NCBI RefSeq assembly: GCF_009914755.1
Contig: NC_060935.1
Source: the human T2T-CHM13v2.0 reference genome, Homo sapiens
DNA: 64,000 nucleotides
Direction: 5' to 3' (one strand)
Below, in pieces: positions 30,882 to 43,094 of the stretch. The first letter of the stretch is position 1. Every line of letters starts with the position of its first letter. The notes under the pieces are model-generated. The model saw only the letters and a list, made by a program, of their open reading frames with translations, did not search any database and was not told where the DNA came from. Position numbers and translations under genes: made by a program.

Positions 30882-31171
30882 GTGAGAGATGGTCTAATCA
30901 TAATTTAAAAAATAAAATAAAATTTGCTAAAGACCTGGCAGGTAATTAACATCTCAGTGGGAATATACGTCACCTGAAGGAGTTCTTGTATCGTAGATTA
31001 TCTGTATTTATGATTTTTTTTGCTGCCTTTTAAATGCTTGATCTGTATGAAATTAGTTTTTCATTAGAGGAATATCTTGCATAAAACTGTAATATTACAT
31101 GACAGCAATTGGCAGGAGACTAAGGGACACTAATTATTATAAAATTTAATTTTATTGTGTTCTGTAGTTTG

Positions 31172-31449
31172 TTTCAGACAGGGTCTTGCTCTGTTGCCCA
31201 GGCTGGAATGCAGTGGTGCAGTCTTGGCTCACTGAAGCCTTGGCCTCCTGGACTCAGGCAGTCCACCCACCTCAGCCTCCCTAGCAGCTAGGACTATAGG
31301 TATATGCCACCATACCCAGCTAATTCTGTGTTTTGTAAAGACAAGGTCTCGCTGTGTTGTCAGGTTGGTCCAGATTTCCTGGGCTCAAGTGCTCCTTTCT
31401 CAGCCTCCCACAGTGCAGGGATTACAGGCATGAGCCACTATGCCCAGCC
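31172..31449 (-). mobile_element. AluJ
   Basis: TSD tgtgttctgtagttt. Confidence 0.9.
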
Positions 31450-32313
31450 TGTGTTCTGTAGTTTAAATAAGGGTAGGACTGTTTGGTAACTTTCCAGATC
31501 ATTTAATAACACAAGATAGCATACTATTTTCTCATGAGGCTCTTCAGAAGCATAAAAGTTGGAACCATTACAGGAACGATAGTAAAATGTTTACTAATTG
31601 CCACTTCTAGTATGTGGGCTTATGTGTTAACTTTTTCGGATTTTAAGTGTTTTTGTACCATTTCACTAGGTGGTGGTTTTGGCAGATTTATTTGGTGGCT
31701 GTTAAAATAGACTTTTATGTCATATATTAATACTTCGTCAACAAGCACGTAAATGTGCTTATTCCCCTTAGCTTCCAAAGAATGAGAGTTTTCTAGAGCT
31801 GCTAATACTAAAAGATGATTCTCTTACTAATAAGTTGTTAATATTTAGACCAAGTCTGAGTAGTACCTGGACTTTTCATGAGTACTATTTCTTAGAACTT
31901 TCTTTGAAATTAGAGCCTTGGAACTCAGAAGCCACTTTCTTATAGACAAGCATATGTACCATGCTCATCCAGTTATTCATAGGAAAATTAAAGGATACGT
32001 TGAGAATCTAGTGACTGAATGTTTGTAACTTGATCTTCATAATCTGTTATCATCTGTTTAGAGTGAGGTTTGAAGATAGTACTCCTGAATGTTCTTCTGC
32101 AAGATACCTTTTCCTTTTTAGAAAATTGTATGCAGATTACTTTAATATGGCTTTTGTGCCATTTTCAAGAACTGACAAATAGCAATAATGATAGTTGAAT
32201 GTAAATGGTGTATTTTATATTAAGAATTTCTTTAAAAGAGACTGTATTATATAGATAATCATGTTACTGAGTGCTTGGAAATTATTTGTGCATGATTTTC
32301 TTTATTTTGCCAG

Positions 32314-32389
32314 AATTTGGATTTAACAAAAAGGAAGATGATTCATGAAGGGCCATTGGTTTGGAAGGTGAATAGAGATAAAACTATTG
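32314..32389 (+). CDS. ARHGEF12: coding exon (~32), PH domain, NLDLTKRKMIHEGPLVWK
   Basis: tgccag|AAT ... ATTG|gtaggt. Confidence 0.95.
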
Positions 32390-32702
32390 GTAGGTCTGAT
32401 ATTGTCTTTTAGTTTTGGGGAGAGTGGCAAAAGGGAAGGAATAGGAAAGTTTCCTATGACAAAGGGAAGAGGAGAGAACCATTCTCTCAGCAGTTTGCAG
32501 TGCTACCTCGTGTTATTTGTACATTTGTAGATCTGCTTGTGTTATTTCATTATATGTAAGATGTGTTAAATATTCATTTAGGAATGTAGTGGAGAACTGA
32601 TTTAGTCCTATTTCCATCATTCTTATAGTCTAGTGAGTCTTTGTATGCTTTGTAAGCTTTCTTTAGACCAGTACATCTTAAACTGTCTGTGATGAGGAAC
32701 CG

Positions 32703-32885
32703 TTTTTGTTTTTTCAGAAACAAGGTCTTTCTATGTTGCCCAGGCTGGAGCACAGTGGCTAGTCACAGATGCAGTCATGGTGCACTGCTGCCTCGAACTC
32801 CTGGGCTTAAGGGATCCTCCTGCCTTAGCCTCCCTAGTAGCCGGGACTATAGGCGCACAGCACCACACCCAGCTTGTTGTTTTTT
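32703..32885 (-). mobile_element. Alu monomer (FRAM/FAM-like)
   Basis: single diverged monomer. Confidence 0.8.
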
Positions 32886-33093
32886 ATTTCCTATTGGTCA
32901 CAGACTGACACTTCAGTGAAATAAAATAAAAATGAATTACTGAAAATGAAATTTTAAAAGATAATATACAAGTCAATTTTTAAAATTTTGTAGCTTTAAC
33001 AGAAATAGAATTCCTCTGTTGAATCATTATAAAGTTAATCAAACGCGTCTCCATTTCTGTACTTACCATTTTTTTCTGCACTTTTATTTCTAG

Positions 33094-33261
33094 ATTTATA
33101 CACGTTGCTGCTGGAAGACATTCTTGTATTGTTACAAAAGCAGGATGATAGACTGGTTTTAAGGTGTCATAGTAAGATTCTGGCATCTACAGCTGATAGC
33201 AAACACACGTTTAGCCCTGTCATTAAGTTGAGTACAGTGTTGGTTCGACAAGTGGCAACAG
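33094..33261 (+). CDS. ARHGEF12: coding exon (~33), PH domain, DLYTLLLEDILVLL...RQVAT; GC donor
   Basis: ttctag|ATTT ... ACAG|gcaagt; only the GC donor keeps frame with next exon (G+AT=Asp). Confidence 0.94.
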
Positions 33262-33806
33262 GCAAGTATGTCCACTGAAGGATACTAATTTCCAGATTCA
33301 TTGTGAAGTTGCATAAGATACTCGGTGCTGTCTCAATAACACAAGTGGCATAGAGTCTTGCTATTTTTATATTCTTAAGCAAATTACATGAAATTTACTG
33401 CTTAGAAAGAGACCTAAGAGTTTATACCCCAAAGTTATTAGGGTGTCTCGATTCTGTGAACAGTTTTCTGCATTTGAAAATTTTTATGCTATTACTTTGG
33501 TTCTTTATGTTCAAATCATTGATAGATCCCAATGAAAAGCCTTTCATTTAGGGTGGTATGTTTTTTGATTTGGTGAGAAAAAAATCAAAAACCAAAGAGA
33601 CGGATGTAGTGTTGATTAAAAATCAAATTTGACTGGCAAGTTATATTTTAACTCTATTAACAACGGGGTCCCTTTTAAAACTTGTTAGTTTCATGGTGGC
33701 AAAATAAATTTGTGACCTCTTTTCTCCACTACTCACTGAATATTATTAACTAACAACTTAGCAAAAGTGCAGTTCAAAATAAATGCAAAAGAGTAATAGC
33801 ATTTAA

Positions 33807-34126
<320 letters not shown>

Positions 34127-34414
34127 AGTAATTTGGATTTTTGACATGCTTTTAGCAAAGTTTCTAGTAAATTATTGTGGAATTAGTGCTAATTCGTATA
34201 ATCTTTGTTTTATTGAAGTACAATAAATATAGTACAATAAATACGTTAATATGGTAAGTTGCACAAATTTTAAGTGTACATCTTGATGAATTTTAAAGTA
34301 AATATATGTAACCTTTATCTAGTTTAAGGGGCAGACTATTTCAAGACCCTAAAAACATCCCTCATGGCCTCCCCAGGTCATAGTATTAGAGTAATCTTGT
34401 ATTGTTTTTTCCAG

Positions 34415-34502
34415 ATAACAAAGCTTTATTCGTCATTTCCATGTCAGACAATGGCGCTCAGATTTATGAACTGGTGGCACAGACAGTTTCTGAAAAGACT
34501 GT
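34415..34502 (+). CDS. ARHGEF12: coding exon (~34), PH domain, DNKALFVISM...SEKTV
   Basis: ttccag|ATAAC ... ACTGT|gtatgt. Confidence 0.95.
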
Positions 34503-34835
34503 GTATGTATCAGATATGGCTACCTTGCTATAGCTAATATTTTCATTATCCCAAGCGTAATATTCCATAAACTTAACTTTGTTTTTATAATGTATGGAAA
34601 CCAAGCACTTCCTCTGTACTCTTTTAGAGACGTTCTACTATGAACTTGTTCTTTTTTAGGTTGATGCCTTTTATTTTGATTCTATTCTGAAAGTTTATTT
34701 CCTAAAGAAAAAATTGTGCAAAATGTCAAGTGAAGTTTTTTTAATGTGTCCATAGATTTCTCTTAAGGTATAGTTTTGGACTCTCGCCTTAATAGTGTGT
34801 TGCCAAAATAAAGATATTCTCTGGCAGAGTGGGTT

Positions 34836-34873
<38 letters not shown>
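34836..34873. repeat. (GTT)n microsatellite ~100 nt upstream of exon 35
   Basis: direct inspection. Confidence 0.95.
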
Positions 34874-34972
34874 GGTTGATTTGGTTTTTGTTTAGTTTTG
34901 CTTTCTGAGTATATTTAAAGGATATTTCTTTTTTCTTTTTTGTATTTTGGATTTCTTTCCAACTTTCTGAAG

Positions 34973-35059
34973 CTGGCAGGACCTAATCTGTCGGATGGCT
35001 GCATCAGTGAAGGAGCAATCCACAAAGCCAATTCCATTACCACAGTCAACACCTGGCGA
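34973..35059 (+). CDS. ARHGEF12: coding exon (~35), WQDLICRMAAS...STPG
   Basis: ctgaag|CTGG ... GGCGA|gtgagt. Confidence 0.94.
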
Positions 35060-35200
35060 GTGAGTGTTCCTTTGCATTGTAGTAGGACTTATTTTATGTT
35101 TTGGGTTGGAAAAGACTAGGATAATTATTATGTTTTGTTGCGATGATGTTTAGATACCTCAGGAAGGTAAAAGTTTTTTTTTTTTTTTTTTTCTCTACAG

Positions 35201-35280
35201 AGGAGATAATGATGAAGAAGATCCTTCAAAATTAAAAGAGGAGCAGCATGGCATTTCAGTCACTGGTTTGCAGAGTCCAG
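35201..35280 (+). CDS. ARHGEF12: coding exon (~36), EGDNDEEDPSK...LQSP
   Basis: ctacag|AGGA ... CCAG|gtacac. Confidence 0.95.
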
Positions 35281-35336
35281 GTACACTCTTCTGAAGAGTT
35301 CAATGGAGAATGTGCTCTATTATCTGTTAAAATGCT

Positions 35337-35619
35337 GGCCGGATGTGGTGGCTCATGCCTGTAATCCCAGTGCTTTGGGAGGTCGAGATAGGCGTATCAC
35401 CTGAGGCCAGGAGTTAGAGGCCAACCTGACCAACATGACAAAACCCTGTCTCTACTAAAAAATACAAAAATTAGCCGGGCATGGTGGTAGGTGCCTGTAA
35501 TCCCAGCTACTTGGGAGGCTGAGGCAGGGAGAATTGCTTGAACCCAGGAGGCGGAGGTTACGGTGAGCCGAGATCGTGCCATTGCACTCCAGCCTGGGCA
35601 ACAAGACCGAAACACCAAA

Positions 35620-35651
<32 letters not shown>

Positions 35652-35660
35652 AAAATAAAA
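35337..35660 (+). mobile_element. AluS
   Basis: starts ~56 nt after exon 36 donor. Confidence 0.95.
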
Positions 35661-35909
35661 TGCAAAGAAACTTTAATACTGTTTGGTTTATGCAGGTTCC
35701 AGCATCAGAGATTCAGTTTAACAAACTTTGCCTTTGAGCCTTCTGTGTGTCAGTATAACACTGTTCTAAGTGATGTGTATTTTTCTTAACAGATGATCTC
35801 TGTAGTTTATGGATTGTTTTTTTTTTTTCTGATTCTTCCCTGAATGCTTCATGTTAAAAGTTAAAAGCTTTGTTTAGATATAGTCTACCTTTTCTATTCC
35901 ATTGGACAG

Positions 35910-36143
35910 ACAGAGATTTGGGATTAGAATCTACCTTAATATCGTCAAAACCTCAGTCTCATTCACTGAGTACCTCTGGGAAATCAGAGGTACGTGATCT
36001 GTTTGTGGCTGAGAGACAGTTTGCAAAGGAACAACATACAGATGGGACACTAAAGGAAGTTGGAGAAGATTATCAAATCGCAATCCCAGATTCACACCTG
36101 CCTGTCTCAGAAGAACGGTGGGCATTGGATGCACTAAGAAATT
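35910..36143 (+). CDS. ARHGEF12: coding exon (~37), DRDLGLEST...DALRN
   Basis: ggacag|ACAG ... AATT|gtaagt; ORF 35870-36160. Confidence 0.94.
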
Positions 36144-37713
36144 GTAAGTTTTATTCATAACTTATTACAGATACTTACTAAGTATGACACTCATGTGCCA
36201 TCCCTAAAGTATGTGGATTTATCAAACTCCACTTATTCTTCTAGTTCTATTGTGGAGATTATAGTATTCTCTACAGTGGCCCATGCCACAGGCACACACA
36301 CACATGCCACTCTGTTAGCTCCCCACCCCCCTGCCTGGTTCAGAATCACTGTTAAAATGGGAGGATAGCATATCTCTCAGTTGTATTGAGGTGGGAAAAA
36401 GGCTGAGAACAATTTCTTTGGCTGGGGAGAACCACTTGAAATTTTTAAACCAGCGTATGACTAAAGGTATGAAAAAAGATTAATCTGGCTGAAAGCGGTG
36501 GAAGGATTTGAATGGAAAGAGGTATGGAATGGTGTACTTACTAAATAAGCTATTATAATAGTCTGGCCTGAGACTAAAAGAGTTTGGACTAGAATGTTAT
36601 CAGAAGGAATAAGAAGAAACTGAGAAGTCATCAAATGCTTAAAATAATTGACTTCTTTGAATGTGAGGTCAAAGGAAAGGGAATATTTAGAGATAATTTC
36701 ATTAATCTAGTCAGAAATAAGAGTCAGAAAAGGACTACCACTGCTTCCCCCACCTCCTTCCATTGTACTTTCTTTTTTCTTTCTTTTGATTTGGTAGAAT
36801 TATAGGCTCAGTTTTAAAGCATGTCAAGATTAAGATAATGAATGACAAAACACTAAAAAGTGAGTAACTAGCAGGAAGTTAGAGTTTTAGGAGTGAAACT
36901 TTAGAGAGAGGTTAGGAAGAGATAGAGATGTGAGCATCAGAGCCATGAGACTTCCTGGCATCTCTCAGGAAGTGATTGTAGAGCAGAAGGACAGAGGATG
37001 AGAGACCTAAGTGGAACCTGTTGCCTAAAGAAACATGACAGACATTAAGCTAGTGATGAGAGCAGAGAATTGGTTATTTAAAACCTACAATATTTTTTAT
37101 ACCTTCTCCTGAATTAACAGTCTTAATAATTTCTGATGGTTGGAATAACATTGTCCCAATAACTCTATCATTGTCTGGGTGACCTCATAGCATACACTTG
37201 GCCCATTCAAAATTAAATTGGTTCTTATTTTCAGTAAATGTATGTATCTCATAAAATTAGAGGAAATAATATGCATATAGTGTCTGGATCTGGAAAAAGC
37301 AGAACTTTTTTTTAGCTTTTTCTGTCTAGCTTAACACAGCCTTTCAACATTCTTAAGAAGTACCTTTAGGGTATTATTCTAGTTATATAGAAGAAAAAAT
37401 AGAGGCATGATATTGGTTATTGAGGAGTTCTAAATAGTAGTATCTCCCTATTCAGAATGCTTAGATCTTTTCAAGTTTAGTTTAACGTTAAATCTTCTCT
37501 AAAAGATGGTGCTTTATTTCATCTTCAAAACAAAATGGAAAATGATTGTATGAAGTAAGATGATTGTATGAAATTAATAATTAACATTTTAATATGTCAT
37601 TAAAAGATACTTTTTAAAGATAGATCATTGGTAAGTCAGCTAATTTAATTCTTGCAGCCTGAGGTTATAGTTGTGAATATGTTTTTTTTCCCCCTCCTTC
37701 CTAAATCGTTTAG

Positions 37714-38184
37714 TGGGTTTGTTGAAGCAGTTGCTGGTGCAACAGCTAGGTTTGACTGAGAAGAGCGTTCAGGAAGACTGGCAACATTTCCCAAGATACA
37801 GAACAGCCTCTCAGGGGCCGCAGACAGACAGTGTCATCCAGAACTCTGAAAATATTAAGGCCTATCATTCTGGTGAAGGACATATGCCCTTTAGAACTGG
37901 AACTGGTGACATTGCAACTTGTTACAGTCCACGGACTTCAACTGAATCTTTTGCTCCACGGGATTCAGTGGGACTGGCACCCCAGGATAGCCAGGCAAGT
38001 AACATTTTAGTAATGGACCACATGATTATGACCCCAGAGATGCCTACCATGGAGCCAGAAGGGGGTCTTGATGACAGTGGAGAGCACTTTTTTGATGCCC
38101 GTGAAGCACATAGTGATGAGAATCCATCAGAAGGTGATGGAGCAGTTAACAAGGAAGAGAAGGATGTTAATTTACGCATCTCAG
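37714..38184 (+). CDS. ARHGEF12: coding exon (~38), LGLLKQLLVQQ...NLRIS; GC donor
   Basis: gtttag|TGGG ... TCAG|gcaagt; ORF 37713-38234; frame requires GC donor. Confidence 0.94.
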
Positions 38185-38274
38185 GCAAGTATCTTTCACA
38201 CTTAAACTTTGATTTTGATTTTGATCATTGTTAACTGTCCTGTATTTTGAAATGGATGTTGTATTGGTATCCAG

Positions 38275-38780
38275 GTGTGTGTGTGTGTGTGTGTTCACAC
38301 ATGTGCAATATTTATTCCTTCATTTGATAAATACTGAATCTACTCTGTACCAGACCTCATCATAGGTGCTGGGAGATATAGCAGTGAATAAAACACAGAA
38401 AAATCCCATCTTCTCATGAAGCTAGGGGAAAGAAGGATGGTAAATAAGTAAACAAATAAATAGACTTCAGGAAGTATTAGGAAGAAACATAAGTCAGACT
38501 GAGGGGACGGAGAGTAATGAAGGCAAACAGGGTGATCAGGGATTAGGACCTCCGATGAGGTAGCATTTGAGCAGAGACCTCAATGAAATGAGGGAATAAA
38601 GCCGGGTGGGTACCTGGGAGCTTACTATTCCAGCAGAGAGCAGAGTGGGGCAGAGGCTTTGTGTCAAAGAGCAAGCTTTTTGTGGTGATCGAACACTGGA
38701 TGAGGGAGACAATGGCAGGAGATGGGGCAAGAGAGGCGTTTGGCAGGGGAAGTGGTAGCAAGATCATTTAGGCACTGTAG
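38275..38780 (-). mobile_element. (GT)n followed by L2 3' fragment
   Basis: tttattccttcatttgataaatactgaatctactctgtaccag. Confidence 0.7.
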
Positions 38781-39013
38781 TTTCCAGCTTTAAACTTTTG
38801 AAATGAAATTTTTTGGAAATTACCATGAAAGTTTGCAGAGTTTAGCTTTCATCTGAAGTGAGGAAATTCTGATGTACCTGAAACTAAACTCAGGAATTAA
38901 TGGCTTTTCCCTCTCTTAATAACTTTTCAAGTTGAAGTTGTCAGCACACTATGCTATTTCTGTTTTCTAATGGCAGCACTGGTCTTATCAAACTATTCTG
39001 TCTCTATCCATAG

Positions 39014-39330
39014 GAAACTATTTGATCCTTGATGGCTATGACCCAGTGCAGGAGAGTTCCACAGATGAGGAGGTTGCTTCCTCACTTACCCTGCAGCCCA
39101 TGACAGGCATCCCTGCTGTGGAATCCACCCACCAGCAGCAACATTCTCCTCAGAATACTCACTCCGATGGGGCAATTTCACCATTCACCCCCGAATTTCT
39201 GGTCCAGCAGCGCTGGGGAGCTATGGAGTATTCCTGTTTTGAGATCCAGAGTCCCTCCTCTTGTGCAGATTCACAGAGCCAGATCATGGAGTACATTCAT
39301 AAGATAGAGGCTGACCTTGAACACTTAAAG
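39014..39330 (+). CDS. ARHGEF12: coding exon (~39), GNYLILDGYDP...ADLEHLK (start of C-terminal coiled coil)
   Basis: ccatag|GAAA ... TTAAAG|gtacct; ORF 39022-39438. Confidence 0.95.
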
Positions 39331-39475
39331 GTACCTCATACTTCCACATCCATAGGACTTGGTTGTAAGAAACATTTAGCAGAGGGGAAGAATAGGGTGA
39401 TGAAAATGCTGATGTCAATAAACTTGTTCAGGTTCTAGATTTCTTTGACTATTATCCATGAATAGGCCTGGGTAA

Positions 39476-39812
<337 letters not shown>

Positions 39813-40218
39813 GGCATTGTTTATCTTTTGACTATCACAAGAGCAGAAAAAGTTGCAGCTCTGTGAACTGTGTGTTTGTATGGGTGTCTAAGTTTAAGAA
39901 CCTGAAATGCTTCGGGTAGTTGGCTGGCCTCTGTCAGACATGAACAAGAAGATGAGATAGGTAGGGTTTATGTAGTTATGAATCTAGGCTGAGAAATGCT
40001 ATGACTTTCTGTAGCCTATTATCTGTGACTCATTAGGTGACATTGGCAGCTTCCCAAATCCTATGACAGATAGAAATTGGCTTCAGTGGCTCCTGTAATC
40101 TAAAAACATGGTCATGCATGGGATTTTTGTAGATTGGTAATTGAAGATGTCACTATTGCAAAACTGACTTGTGTGGCAATTTCCAAGAGAAAGACCTATC
40201 TTAAAGTTTTCCATCAGA

Positions 40219-40675
<457 letters not shown>

Positions 40676-40758
40676 TCATGTTACTTATTTTATGTAGTAT
40701 CATTCTGTAGCTGATGAGATATCGACAAGCCCATTGAGGACAGGTCGGTTCTTATATA

Positions 40759-41873
<1,115 letters not shown>

Positions 41874-42190
41874 TAGCTCATGCACATGATGACGGGACCA
41901 TGTCCAGGGTGACTCCTGGGGGTGGGAGAATTGCATCTATGGTTACCACCTCTACTTTCTTTTTACATGGGAAAATACTAAGTTATTCCTTCAGTGGAGA
42001 AATTGGTAAAAGGAATGAAATTTACTTTTTTCTTCCCACTAATGAAATTTTTAATGATGAAGTTAATATTTTTGAAATTTGGGGGCTTGTACCTGTAATG
42101 TAAAAAGGGCTTCTTTTCTGTTTTCTGAAGTTTTTGTTTTGTTTTGTTTCATTACGTTTGAATAAAAAACCTATGGGTTTTATTTCACAG

Positions 42191-42260
42191 AAGGTGGAGG
42201 AAAGTTACACCATTCTTTGCCAAAGGCTGGCTGGATCAGCCCTCACAGACAAGCACTCAG
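42191..42260 (+). CDS. ARHGEF12: coding exon (~40), KVEESYTILCQRLAGSALTDKHS
   Basis: tcacag|AAG ... TCAG|gtatgt; phase 0-1. Confidence 0.95.
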
Positions 42261-42819
42261 GTATGTAAAAGTTGTGAGTTCCAGACTCTAGACTAATCAT
42301 CCTACACTGAATGAAATGACTTATCATACTTTGAAGTGAAAACCTTCTGAGATTCCATTTCTCTTCTGTCTTTAAAGAACTGCCTGTTTCTAAACATCAG
42401 ATATCAAGCGGAAGCTCATGCCTGCTGACTCTACTCTTCTCTAAGAGGAACTGCAGTTGTCAGTTCCCATACCATCCCCTCTTCTCTCTCTTTTCACCTT
42501 TTCAAAGCAGAAGGCAGAGCAGTGGGAAGCCTGGTAAATCACAGATTCGGTGTGAGGCTTACTGGTACTGCTGTGACTCCCTAGTGTGGAGGATTTGGCC
42601 TTATTGGATGTTGGTGCACTTGCCTCTGCTGACAGTGTGGCTGGTGTCTCCCCTGACTGCAGATGGATTTGTGTTCCCTGCAGCAGTTTATACTCATCTG
42701 CTTACATACTGATTCAGAAACAAAGATTGAACCACGCCCACAGATGTCATGGGTATTCTTTGCAATGTTAGTATATTCTTTTTCTTAATATCATTTCCAT
42801 GTATCTTTATTCTTCTCAG

Positions 42820-42830
42820 ATAAAAGTTAG
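42820..42830 (+). CDS. ARHGEF12: coding part of terminal exon (~41), D-K-S-stop
   Basis: ttctcag|AT AAA AGT TAG; completes recalled ...HSDKS C-terminus. Confidence 0.93.
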
Positions 42831-43088
42831 AGCCGCATGTCCTGGAGGTGACTGCAGGTTGTTGGATTTGGAGTATCGGCCGTGTCTCACCACATCCTGG
42901 CTCCAGTGTGGATGCAGAGAGAGTGTGACAGAGGATCTGCCTGTGAACCACCTGGGATTAGTCAAGTCCCAAGGTGCCCAGAGTGGGACTAGTTCTTCAC
43001 AGTGTGGCAGCTGCACTAATCTGTTTGTGAGGGAATATCCATTCCCTCACTCTACTCTCCTCACTATCGGAAATTCATTTTGATTCAG

Positions 43089-43094
43089 AATAAA
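43089..43094 (+). terminator. candidate proximal polyadenylation signal AATAAA
   Basis: AATAAA followed ~20 nt later by GU-rich ctttgggtgt. Confidence 0.45.

Noticed and set aside
35907-35913. Tandem cag-a-cag acceptor at exon 37 (and cag-tt-cag at exon 28)
   Set aside because: Out-of-frame distal AGs are common and there is no additional support for regulated use
37922-38188. 88-aa antisense ORF
   Set aside because: Shadow of coding exon 38; no independent support
38189-38197. GTATCTTT resembling a U12 5' splice site
   Set aside because: Mismatch to RTATCCTT, out of frame with exon 39, and no TTCCTTRAC branch site close to the 39013 acceptor
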